Shown here: one piece after another, positions 18,757 to 26,359 of the stretch
How positions within the stretch are numbered: position 1 is the first letter of the stretch
Layout: each line of letters opens with the position of its first letter
Assembly (NCBI GenBank): GCA_040879385.1
Contig: JBBDKM010000029.1
Location: 27,661-91,660, forward strand
DNA length: 64,000 bases
Direction: 5' to 3'
Origin: Thermoanaerobaculia bacterium
Lineage (GTDB): Bacteria; Acidobacteriota; Thermoanaerobaculia; UBA5066; Gp7-AA6
Notes under the pieces: model-generated
The model's database searches: none
What the model saw: only the letters and a program-made list of their open reading frames with translations
What the model was told of the DNA's origin: nothing
Made by a program: the position numbers and the translations under genes

Positions 18757-18997
18757 GTTGGAAGGACCGTGCAACGCGTGGGGGCCAGATTCCGTCTTGA
18801 ACTTCACCGACTACGTGGAACCAACGGCGACGGATACCCCGACAACCCGGACGCCGACCGCAAGCTGATCATGAACTTCGGAGCCAGCTCCGATCACTAC
18901 GAGGACGGGGCATCGAGCACGACCCTGCTCGAGGACGCGGTCCCGGTCCTGCCCGATCGGGCGGGCGTCGGCGCAAACGGCGGTAGGATCGCCGACG

Positions 18998-19918
18998 ATG
19001 TCCACGAACCCCGCCGCGCCACGTCTGGTCAAGCGCCAACGTCGCCGCACGAGCGCGAACAAGCTTTCCATGCGGCGGGGAGTCCCCCTGAGGGAGGCGG
19101 TCCTCGGGGGCTTCACCCGCATCCTCGCCCACGCACGCTCGGCGGCTCGCCGAGCTTGTGCCGATCCGATCGAATCCGTCCACGACTTCCGCAAGTCGGT
19201 GCGCCGCGCGCGGGCCGTCGTGTCACTCCTGCGGCCGTCGCTCGGGAAGACCGCGGCTGCCGGCATCACGGGCGAGCTGCGGCGCGCCTTCGGCCCGACG
19301 GGAGAGTTGCGAGACACGCACATCCTCCTCGAAACGCTCCGGGAAGTACCGTCCGACGACCCCGCGCGCGATCCGGTCCTCCGCGCGCTCGAAGAGGAAC
19401 CCGGCGGCGACTCCGCGCCGGCCGGGGAGGCGCTCCGCGCCGGGAGCCGAATCCTTCAACCCCTGCCGGGCGTTCTCGGCGTGACGCTGCCCCGCGCGTA
19501 CTCGATGGAGGACCTCGCGCGCGGTATCGCCCGCGGCTGGCGGCGCACGCGCCGCGCGCTCGAGCGCGCCGCGTCGACGGGCCTCGACGCCGATTTTCAC
19601 GAGTGGCGCAAACGCGTCAAGGAGCTCCGCTACCAGGTCGAGCTGCTCGCGTCGACCGGCAGCGCCGAGCTCAAGCGCCAGGAAAAGGCCCTCTCCGCGC
19701 TGGCCGAGGAGCTCGGCCGGGTCACCGACCTGATCGTCCTGCGGTCTGCGCTCGCGTCGCGGCAGGAACGGGGATCCCTCCCGGCCGCACCGGGCTTGAT
19801 GGAGAGCATTCGGTCGGCAATCGGGGAGCGTTCGCGGGAGCTCCTCGCGCGCGGACGGGAGGCTTTCGCCGAGCCCCACAAAGAGTTCGCCCGCCGGGTC
19901 CTCGCGGAACGCGGCTGA
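18998..19918 (+). CDS. CHAD domain-containing protein
   Basis: Repeated conserved-histidine helices VHDFRKSVRRARAVVSLL and FHEWRKRVKELRYQVELL. Located directly upstream of ppk1. Confidence 0.85.
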   Translation: MSTNPAAPRLVKRQRRRTSANKLSMRRGVPLREAVLGGFTRILAHARSAARRACADPIESVHDFRKSVRRARAVVSLLRPSLGKTAAAGITGELRRAFGPTGELRDTHILLETLREVPSDDPARDPVLRALEEEPGGDSAPAGEALRAGSRILQPLPGVLGVTLPRAYSMEDLARGIARGWRRTRRALERAASTGLDADFHEWRKRVKELRYQVELLASTGSAELKRQEKALSALAEELGRVTDLIVLRSALASRQERGSLPAAPGLMESIRSAIGERSRELLARGREAFAEPHKEFARRVLAERG

Positions 19919-20028
19919 CGACCGGGTGGCTCCTCACCGCCGACGACAAGTCGTTTAGTCTTATCGACTTCGCAGCCGCGATGCCCGAGTCACGGATCTC
20001 GGTAGGGCCCTCCCTTTGGGTAGCCGAA

Positions 20029-20045
20029 CTTCACATGTCCTTCCG
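20029..20045 (+). promoter_or_regulatory. possible Pho box upstream of ppk1
   Basis: CTTCAC-atgtc-CTTCCG, 11-bp spacing, about 56 nt before the ppk1 ATG. Only two hexamers, and the second is degenerate. Confidence 0.35.
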
Positions 20046-20100
20046 GGCCCGGTGTTACCCTCCCGTCCTCATTGTCTTCCTTTCGAGGTGCGGTCATTCG

Positions 20101-22221
20101 ATGAGCGAAGTTCATTTCATCGGTGGGAAGGTCACTCCGGACGACCGTCTCGAGGACCACGCCCTCTATTTCAACCGCGAGATCTCATGGCTCGCTTTCA
20201 ACCGGCGGGTCCTCGAAGAGGCGCTCGACCCGGCGTGGCCGTTGTTCGAGCGCGTGAAGTTCCTGGCGATCTTCCACTCGAACCTCGACGAGTTCTTCAT
20301 GATCCGAGTCTCGGGCCTGCACGAGCAGCTCGAGGCGGCCGTGACCGAGCGCAGCGCCGACGGGCTCTCGGCCCCGGAGCAGCTGCGGATGATCCGCGAG
20401 ATCGTTCTCCAGGACGCCGGGCTCGCCATGAAGACGCTGACGGGAGATCTCCAGCCCCGGCTGGCGGACGCGGGCGTGCGCATCCTGCCGTGGGACGAGA
20501 TCGAGCCGGAGCGCCGCAAGGAGCTGGCGTCCTACTTCGACAGCGTCGTCTTCCCGGTCCTGACGCCTCTCGCGTTCGACCCCGCTCACCCGTTCCCGTT
20601 CGTGTCGAACCTCTCGCTCTCCCTCGCCGTGGAACTGTCGGAGAAAAAGGAAAAGCGCGCTGCCTTCGCCCGCGTCAAGGTGCCCCCCTCGCTCTCCCGC
20701 TTCGTTCCGATCCCCGGCGCGCCCGGCAAGACGCTCGAGTTCGTCCTTCTCGAGAATCTCGTGGAAGCGAACCTGGACCGGCTCTTCCCCGGCATGGAGA
20801 TCCTCGGCGCGTCCGCCTTCCGCGTCACGCGCGACGCCGACATCGAGATCCGGGAGGATGAGGCTGGCGATCTCCTCCGGAGCATGACGGACAACCTGCG
20901 GCGGCGGAGATTCGGCGCCGCGATCCGCCTCGAGGTCGAGGAGCGCTGCCCGGAGAACGTCCGGGAGCTCCTCCGCGGGCAGCTCGAGCTCGAGCCCGAC
21001 GACGTGTACGCCGTCGATGGGCCGCTCGGCGCGGCTGACCTGCTGTCCGTGATGAAGCTCGACCTCCCCAATCTGAAGGATGCGCCGTTTCTTCCGTCCG
21101 CTCGATCGATCTTCGACGCGCCCGCCGACCCGTTCGAGGCGATCCGGAAGGGCGACATCCTCATGCACCACCCCTACGACTCTTTCGACCCCGTCCTCCG
21201 GTTCCTCGAGGCGGCGGCGGAGGACAAGGACGTCCTCGCCATCAAGATGACGCTCTACCGGGTCGGCGCAGACTCCCCCATCGTCGTGGCCCTGGCTCGC
21301 GCCGCGGAGAACGGCACGCAGGTCGCGGTCTTAGTCGAGCTCAAAGCGCGCTTCGACGAGGAGAACAACATCCAGTGGGCGCGGTCGCTCGAGCGCGCCG
21401 GCGTGCACGTGGCGTATGGCGTCGGAGGTCTGAAGACCCACGCCAAGATCGCTCTCGTCGTGCGGCGCGAGGGCCAGGTGATGCGCCGCTACGTGCACGT
21501 CGGGACCGGCAACTACAACCGTCTCACCGCTCGCGTCTACACCGACATCGGCCTCTTCACGGCCCGCGCCGACTTCGGTCACGACGCCTCCGAGCTCTTC
21601 AACTTCCTGACCGGCTTCTCGAAGAAGACGAAGTACCGCCGCCTCGCGGTGGCGCCCTTCGCTCTCCACGACCGGGTCATCGCGCTGATCGATCACGAGG
21701 CCGAGAAGGCGCGGCAGGGGAAGCCCTCCGCCATCGTCGCGAAGATGAACGCCCTGGTGGACCCGTCCGTGATTCGGGCGCTTTACCGCGCCTCCCGGGT
21801 GGGCGTCTCCATCGACCTCGCCGTCCGCGGGATCTGCTGCCTGCGCCCCGGCGTGCCGGGTGTCTCCGAGGGGATCCGCGTCTCGAGCGTCGTCGGCCGA
21901 TTCCTCGAGCACAGCCGGGTGTTCTCGTTCGGCGTCGGAGACGAGGAGGAGATCTACATCTCCAGCGCCGACTGGATGCCCCGCAACTTCTACCGCCGCG
22001 TCGAGATCATGACCCCGATCCTCGACCAGAAGGCCCGCGAGAAGATTCGCCAGGAGGTCCTGGACCCCATCCGCGCCGACAACACGCGCGCATGGGACCT
22101 TCAGAGCGACGGGACCTACGTGCGGCGCCACCCCGCGCCGGGAGAGGCGCCCTTCGACACGCAACAGAACCTGCTCGATCGGCTGGCGAGACGGGGACTC
22201 AAGGCCGTTCCGGCGCTGTGA
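20101..22221 (+). CDS. ppk1: polyphosphate kinase 1
   Basis: MSEVHFIGG..., LYFNREISWLAFNRRVLEEA, FHSNLDEFFMIRV, and two PLD-like H-x-K regions (LKTHAKIALVVR, FLEHSRVFSF). The 5' extension of the track ORF (18769..20100) is not part of the gene. Confidence 0.97.
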   Translation: MSEVHFIGGKVTPDDRLEDHALYFNREISWLAFNRRVLEEALDPAWPLFERVKFLAIFHSNLDEFFMIRVSGLHEQLEAAVTERSADGLSAPEQLRMIREIVLQDAGLAMKTLTGDLQPRLADAGVRILPWDEIEPERRKELASYFDSVVFPVLTPLAFDPAHPFPFVSNLSLSLAVELSEKKEKRAAFARVKVPPSLSRFVPIPGAPGKTLEFVLLENLVEANLDRLFPGMEILGASAFRVTRDADIEIREDEAGDLLRSMTDNLRRRRFGAAIRLEVEERCPENVRELLRGQLELEPDDVYAVDGPLGAADLLSVMKLDLPNLKDAPFLPSARSIFDAPADPFEAIRKGDILMHHPYDSFDPVLRFLEAAAEDKDVLAIKMTLYRVGADSPIVVALARAAENGTQVAVLVELKARFDEENNIQWARSLERAGVHVAYGVGGLKTHAKIALVVRREGQVMRRYVHVGTGNYNRLTARVYTDIGLFTARADFGHDASELFNFLTGFSKKTKYRRLAVAPFALHDRVIALIDHEAEKARQGKPSAIVAKMNALVDPSVIRALYRASRVGVSIDLAVRGICCLRPGVPGVSEGIRVSSVVGRFLEHSRVFSFGVGDEEEIYISSADWMPRNFYRRVEIMTPILDQKAREKIRQEVLDPIRADNTRAWDLQSDGTYVRRHPAPGEAPFDTQQNLLDRLARRGLKAVPAL

Positions 22222-22255
22222 CCCGACCACCAGAGGCAGACCCCCGACAGTGGGG

Positions 22256-22276
22256 AACGCCGGTACTCCGGCGTTT
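22256..22276. terminator. hairpin between convergent ppk1 and GT21 genes
   Basis: AACGCCGG-tact-CCGGCGTT followed by T. Perfect 8-bp stem; the U-tract is weak in both directions. Confidence 0.45.
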
Positions 22277-22289
22277 ACCCACCGGCGGG

Positions 22290-23429
22290 CTACGCCGCCT
22301 TCCGCAGGATCCGCGTCTCCTTCCCGATTACAAGCGGCCTTCCCCGCCACGCGACGCCGCGTCCCAGAAGGCCCGCCCAGAACACGGCGGCGGCCCCCAG
22401 GTCCCGCAGCGGGAGGACGGCCGCGTCGCGCCACGACAGGGCCCCGGACCCGCGGGGCGCCGAGAAGAGCTCGATCCCCCAGCGCAGGGCGAGCAGGGCG
22501 CCCGCGGCGACCCGCGCTCCCGCAGAGGGCGCGGCCATCGCCGCCGCGAACCAGAGCAGCGGGCTCGCCAGGAGCTCGCCGGCGTAGAGAGGGCCCCCCA
22601 GCCGGCGGCGCATCATGGCCCAGCGGCGGTGCCTCTCCCACACCGGCCGGGCTCGCTTCCGCACTTCGGTCGTGTCCAGGTCGTCGGCCGACAGCGCCAC
22701 CCGATAGCCCGCGCGGCGCACGGCCCGGCCGAGCAGAAAATCCTCCGCGAGGTAATCGCGCAGGACCGCGATCCCGCCGGTCGCCTGGAGCGCGCGTTGC
22801 GAGACGAGAATCGACTTGCCCACGACGCACGGCAGGTCGAGCAGTCCCGCGACCAGGGCGGTCCCCGGCTGCAGGCACCCGTTCAGGTACGACGCCTCCA
22901 GCCGTGAGGCGAGGCTCACCGGTCCGGCCGCGCGGAAGAGGTGCGACACGAGCCCGACGGAGGGATCCGCGAAAAACGCCACGGCGCGTCCGAGAAAATC
23001 GGGCCGGACCCGGACGTTGCCGTCCGAGAACAACACCAGCCGGTGCCGCGCGAAACGCAGCGCCGCCGCGAGACGGTTGACCTTCGCGTTGCCGCCCGGC
23101 TCCCGGGCGTCGAAGACGAAGATCGACCGGACCCCTGGATGGCGGTCGGCGACCGCCCGCGCGACGCGGTATGCCGGATCGTCCCCGGAGGCGAAGGAGA
23201 AGATCACCTCGTACGCCTCGTAGTCCAGGCGGTAGAAGGACTCCAGGTTCTCCGCGAGCTCCTCGTCGATCCCGCACAGCGGTTTGACGATCGAGACCGG
23301 CGGGGCGAAGCCGGGGACGGCCGCGCGCGGGCCGGATCGGCGAAGCCGGGCGCGGGCTGCGACCGACAGCGCGTAGACCGCGGCCGACAGCGCGAGCCCG
23401 GCGAGCCCGATCGTCGCCACGGCGTTCAC
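22290..23429 (-). CDS. membrane glycosyltransferase, GT2/GT21 (ceramide glucosyltransferase / Pgt / HpnI-like)
   Basis: N-terminal TM, SIVKPLCGIDEELAENL, GGNAKVNRL, FSDGNVRV, and WERHRRWAMMRRR (Q/RxxRW-type motif) followed by C-terminal TM helices. The GTG start at 23429 overlaps the stop of the PHP gene (GTGA). Confidence 0.85.
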   Translation of the reverse strand: MNAVATIGLAGLALSAAVYALSVAARARLRRSGPRAAVPGFAPPVSIVKPLCGIDEELAENLESFYRLDYEAYEVIFSFASGDDPAYRVARAVADRHPGVRSIFVFDAREPGGNAKVNRLAAALRFARHRLVLFSDGNVRVRPDFLGRAVAFFADPSVGLVSHLFRAAGPVSLASRLEASYLNGCLQPGTALVAGLLDLPCVVGKSILVSQRALQATGGIAVLRDYLAEDFLLGRAVRRAGYRVALSADDLDTTEVRKRARPVWERHRRWAMMRRRLGGPLYAGELLASPLLWFAAAMAAPSAGARVAAGALLALRWGIELFSAPRGSGALSWRDAAVLPLRDLGAAAVFWAGLLGRGVAWRGRPLVIGKETRILRKAA

Positions 23430-24148
23430 GCCGTCGCCGCCGCCTGTCCCGGTGTGAGCCGCAGGACGCCGATCCCGGTGCCGCGCTTGAGCGCCGCCAG
23501 GACGGCCTCGTGCGTCTTGTCGGCGTTCAGAAGCGTCTTCCAGGCGTAGAGGTGCTCCGGGCGGTGGAAGTCGCTGTTGGCCATGTGCGGCAGGCTCTCG
23601 CGCGACACGACCGGAAAGAGCTCCCAGCGGCAGCCGACCTCCCAGAGGTGAACGAGGTCTCCGACAAACTTTCGTCGATTCCAGAGGTACCAGGTGTTCG
23701 CGTACCACTCGCTCATCTCGTGCGGGTGGCCGGCGACCGAGACGGCGCCCCGGACCTGGATCTCGCGCAGCATTTCGAGCGGGTCGCCGTCGGCCGAAAG
23801 GTATTCGTCGAGGCCGAGCGCGAGCGCGTGGACCGAGGTGTCCCGGTTGATCGTGTTGCGGGTCATCTCGGCTCCGGGGATGACGAGCATCCGATAGGCG
23901 TGCCAGGCGCGCTCCGCCTCGCGGTCGATCTCCTCGACGTAGCGCTTCCAGGTCTCGGGATTCAGGCTGTTACCGATCCGATGCGCGATCTTTCCCAGAG
24001 AGTTGTCCCGATTGACGATGTGATCGGTGATCGCGATGACGTCGTGGCCCGTCTGACCGAAGAGGTCCACGACTTTAGGAAGCGGCAGGACGCCGTCCGA
24101 GTAGGTCGTGTGGATGTGAAAGTCGCAGAGCAACATGTGCTTGGCCAT
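23426..24148 (-). CDS. PHP domain-containing metallo-phosphoesterase
   Basis: LLCDFHIHTTYSDG, VIAITDH, HALALG, VAGHPH. Alternative starts at 24175 (GTG) and 24136 (ATG). Pho-box-like hexamers upstream. Confidence 0.85.
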   Translation of the reverse strand: MAKHMLLCDFHIHTTYSDGVLPLPKVVDLFGQTGHDVIAITDHIVNRDNSLGKIAHRIGNSLNPETWKRYVEEIDREAERAWHAYRMLVIPGAEMTRNTINRDTSVHALALGLDEYLSADGDPLEMLREIQVRGAVSVAGHPHEMSEWYANTWYLWNRRKFVGDLVHLWEVGCRWELFPVVSRESLPHMANSDFHRPEHLYAWKTLLNADKTHEAVLAALKRGTGIGVLRLTPGQAAATA

Positions 24149-24194
24149 TCTCGGCGGCAAGCGCGAAGCGGGCACGAGGGCCGCGGGTAGGCCG

Positions 24195-24228
24195 CTGAAA
24201 GAACGTGTAAGAAGACTGTGAAGCGAAG
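24195..24228 (-). promoter_or_regulatory. putative Pho box upstream of the PHP-GT21 gene pair
   Basis: Coding strand reads CTTCGC-TTCACA-gtcttc-TTACAC-gttc-TTTCAG. It contains the same CTTCACA and CTTACAC heptamers as the pstS promoter. Confidence 0.5.
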
Positions 24229-24232
24229 GCCG

Positions 24233-24739
24233 TCAGGAGGCCGGGGCCAGGCCCGGCCGCTTCACGGGCGGCGGCAGGCGGCCCACGCGCGTCGGGACCA
24301 GAGGCGAGGATCCGCGGGACCGCGGCGCGCGCTGCCTCGTCCGCCACCAGGCGACCCAGAACCGCCGGGCCTGCGCGGGCGATTCGACGTTCTCGAGCCG
24401 GTACACCTTCAGGTCGGCCGACTTGACCTCGGCGGACTTCGCGGAGGGCGAATACACGATGTGGACAGGCAGCGGCACGTCGCCCCGCAACGGAAATGAG
24501 AACCGGAACCGCTCCGCGTCGGGCGCCTGGCGCAGGTCTCTCGAGAAGCCCGAAAGCGGGACCGACCGCTCCGGCTCCAGGTGCGCCACGGCGGTCCACC
24601 CGGCCTCGCGGAATTCGCAGTCGTGCCGGCGCCCGCATCGGCATCGCAGCTCGCGATGGGCGCCCGCGACACCCTCCTCGTTCAGGACGAGAGTCACGCC
24701 GCACTCGCAGCGGCCCGCGGCGTCGGTCCTCTCGGCCAT
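24233..24739 (-). CDS. hypothetical protein with N-terminal CxC...CxC zinc-ribbon-like motif and basic C-terminal tail (168 aa)
   Basis: MAERTDAAGRCECGVTLVLNEEGVAGAHRELRCRCGRRHDCEF... G/C-rich third positions throughout. Pho-box-like CTTCAC-N5-CTTCAT, then 10 nt, then TACGCT, then 7 nt, then ATG. No family recognised. Confidence 0.55.
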   Translation of the reverse strand: MAERTDAAGRCECGVTLVLNEEGVAGAHRELRCRCGRRHDCEFREAGWTAVAHLEPERSVPLSGFSRDLRQAPDAERFRFSFPLRGDVPLPVHIVYSPSAKSAEVKSADLKVYRLENVESPAQARRFWVAWWRTRQRAPRSRGSSPLVPTRVGRLPPPVKRPGLAPAS

Positions 24740-24762
24740 GACGCGGAGCGTAGGAGAGCCCC

Positions 24763-24779
24763 ATGAAGAGGGCGTGAAG
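24763..24779 (-). promoter_or_regulatory. putative Pho box upstream of the zinc-ribbon hypothetical gene
   Basis: Coding strand reads CTTCAC-gccct-CTTCAT (11-bp spacing), then 10 nt, then TACGCT (24747..24752), then 7 nt, then the ATG at 24739. Confidence 0.5.
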
Positions 24780-24827
24780 ATTCCGGAGGCTCGCTGGCCG
24801 CCGCGGCCGGAGCCCATAATCGTCGCC

Positions 24828-25646
24828 GTGAAGGGTCTGCCGGACTACCACGTGCACACGTTCCGGTGCGGACACGCCGGCGGGAGCTCGCGGGATTTCG
24901 TCCTCCGGGCGATCGACCGCGGCCTCGCGGAGATCGCCTTCACCGACCATATCCCGCTGTACTTCCTGCCCGAGGCCGACCGCGATCCGAAGCTCGCGAT
25001 GCGTGAGGACCAGTTCGAGGGCTACGTTCGGGAGGTCGAGGCCCTGGGTGAGGAGTTCGCCGGGCGGATCGCCGTGCGGCTGGGGATCGAGGCGGACTAC
25101 GCCGAGGGCCGCGAGGACGAGCTCGGCCGGTGGCTCTCCCGCGCGGACTGGGACCTCGTGCTCGGCTCGGTCCACTGGGTCGCGGGGGGTTGGATCGACG
25201 ATCCGGACAGCTCCCCGCGCCGCTTCGCGAGCGAGGGGACCGAGAGGCTCTACGACGAGTACTACCGGCTCCTCGCCCGCGCGGCCCGGACGGGCTATTT
25301 CGACGTCCTCACGCATTTCGATCTGCCCAAGAAGTTCGGCCACCGCCCGGAAGCGCCGCGGACGGGAGCGGAGCGCGGGGCGATCGCCGCTGCGAAGGAG
25401 GCCGGCTGCGCCGCCGAGATCTCCTCGGCCGGGCTGCGCAAGCCGGTCGCCGAAGCTTATCCGGAGCCGCGCCTGCTCCGGGAGATCGTGGCCGCCGGGA
25501 TTCCCGTTACGTTCGCTTCGGACGCCCACGCACCCGCCGAGGTCGGCTGGGGCTTCGAGCGGACGCTGGAGCTCGCGCGGGGCGCCGGGGCGGGCGAGTA
25601 CGTCACGTTCGCGAAGAGACGGAAAACGGCGCATCCGCTTCCCTGA
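24828..25646 (+). CDS. histidinol-phosphatase (HisJ) family PHP phosphoesterase
   Basis: VKGLPDYHVHTFRCGHA..., IAFTDHIPL, GIEADY, GSVHWV, THFDLPKKFG, ASDAH. GTG at 24828 lies 7 nt after CATAAT. An alternative in-frame GTG is at 24774. Confidence 0.85.
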   Translation: MKGLPDYHVHTFRCGHAGGSSRDFVLRAIDRGLAEIAFTDHIPLYFLPEADRDPKLAMREDQFEGYVREVEALGEEFAGRIAVRLGIEADYAEGREDELGRWLSRADWDLVLGSVHWVAGGWIDDPDSSPRRFASEGTERLYDEYYRLLARAARTGYFDVLTHFDLPKKFGHRPEAPRTGAERGAIAAAKEAGCAAEISSAGLRKPVAEAYPEPRLLREIVAAGIPVTFASDAHAPAEVGWGFERTLELARGAGAGEYVTFAKRRKTAHPLP

Positions 25647-25686
25647 GGAACCGCCTCCCGAGCTCGGCGACTACGCTCAACGAGGG

Positions 25687-26352
25687 CTAGGGCAGCTCCG
25701 ACGCGTGGTGCTTCACCCAGCGGGCCTCGGCCATGAAGATCGTGTCTTCGCAGATGTTGGTGGCGAGGTCCCCGACGCGCTCCAGGTTCTTCGAGATCGA
25801 GATGAGCTCGATGCAGTAGGTCGTCAGAGCCGGGTACTCCGCGATGTAGGTCAAGAGCTCCCGGATGATCGAGACGTTTTTCTCGTCGAGAATGTCGTCC
25901 TTCTTGATGACCTTGCGCGCCAGCTCGGCATCCCGGTTGACGAAGGCGTCGAGCGACTGCTTGAGCATCGACTCGGCGACCTCGGCCATGTACGGGATGT
26001 CGATGAACGGCTTGAACGGCCGCTGGCCCGCCAGTCGCTCGGCACCTTCCGCGATGTTTACGGCATGGTCGCCAATCCGCTCCAGATCGTTGTTGATCTT
26101 GAGAACGGCCACGAGGAGCCGGAGGTCCACGGCGACCGGCTGCTGGAGTGCGAGGAGCGCGATCGCGGAGTCCTCGATGCCCAACTCCATCCGGTCGATG
26201 TCCTCGTCGGCGGCGATCACCGAGCGCGCCTTCTCGGCGTCCATCTCGGTTAAGGCCTCGATCGAACGGTGGATCTGCCGCTCGACCTCGCCGCCCATGA
26301 GGATGAGCTGGCGGCGGAGATCTTCGAGTTGCTCGGAAAAGTGCTCTTTCAC
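25687..26352 (-). CDS. phoU: phosphate signalling complex protein PhoU
   Basis: Two PhoU repeats (NDLERIGDHAVNIA and KNLERVGDLATNI). GTG start 7 nt after the ppx stop, with GAGG in between. Confidence 0.95.
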   Translation of the reverse strand: MKEHFSEQLEDLRRQLILMGGEVERQIHRSIEALTEMDAEKARSVIAADEDIDRMELGIEDSAIALLALQQPVAVDLRLLVAVLKINNDLERIGDHAVNIAEGAERLAGQRPFKPFIDIPYMAEVAESMLKQSLDAFVNRDAELARKVIKKDDILDEKNVSIIRELLTYIAEYPALTTYCIELISISKNLERVGDLATNICEDTIFMAEARWVKHHASELP

Positions 26353-26359
26353 GCTCGCC

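Noticed and set aside
18769-20100. The 1150-aa ORF 18769..22221 read as a giant N-terminally extended ppk1.
   Set aside because: Protein-like PPK1 sequence begins at MSEVHFIGG (20101). The upstream part overlaps the real CHAD gene in another frame and is mostly low-complexity. Only the segment 18820..18990 looks coding-like, and that is reported separately.
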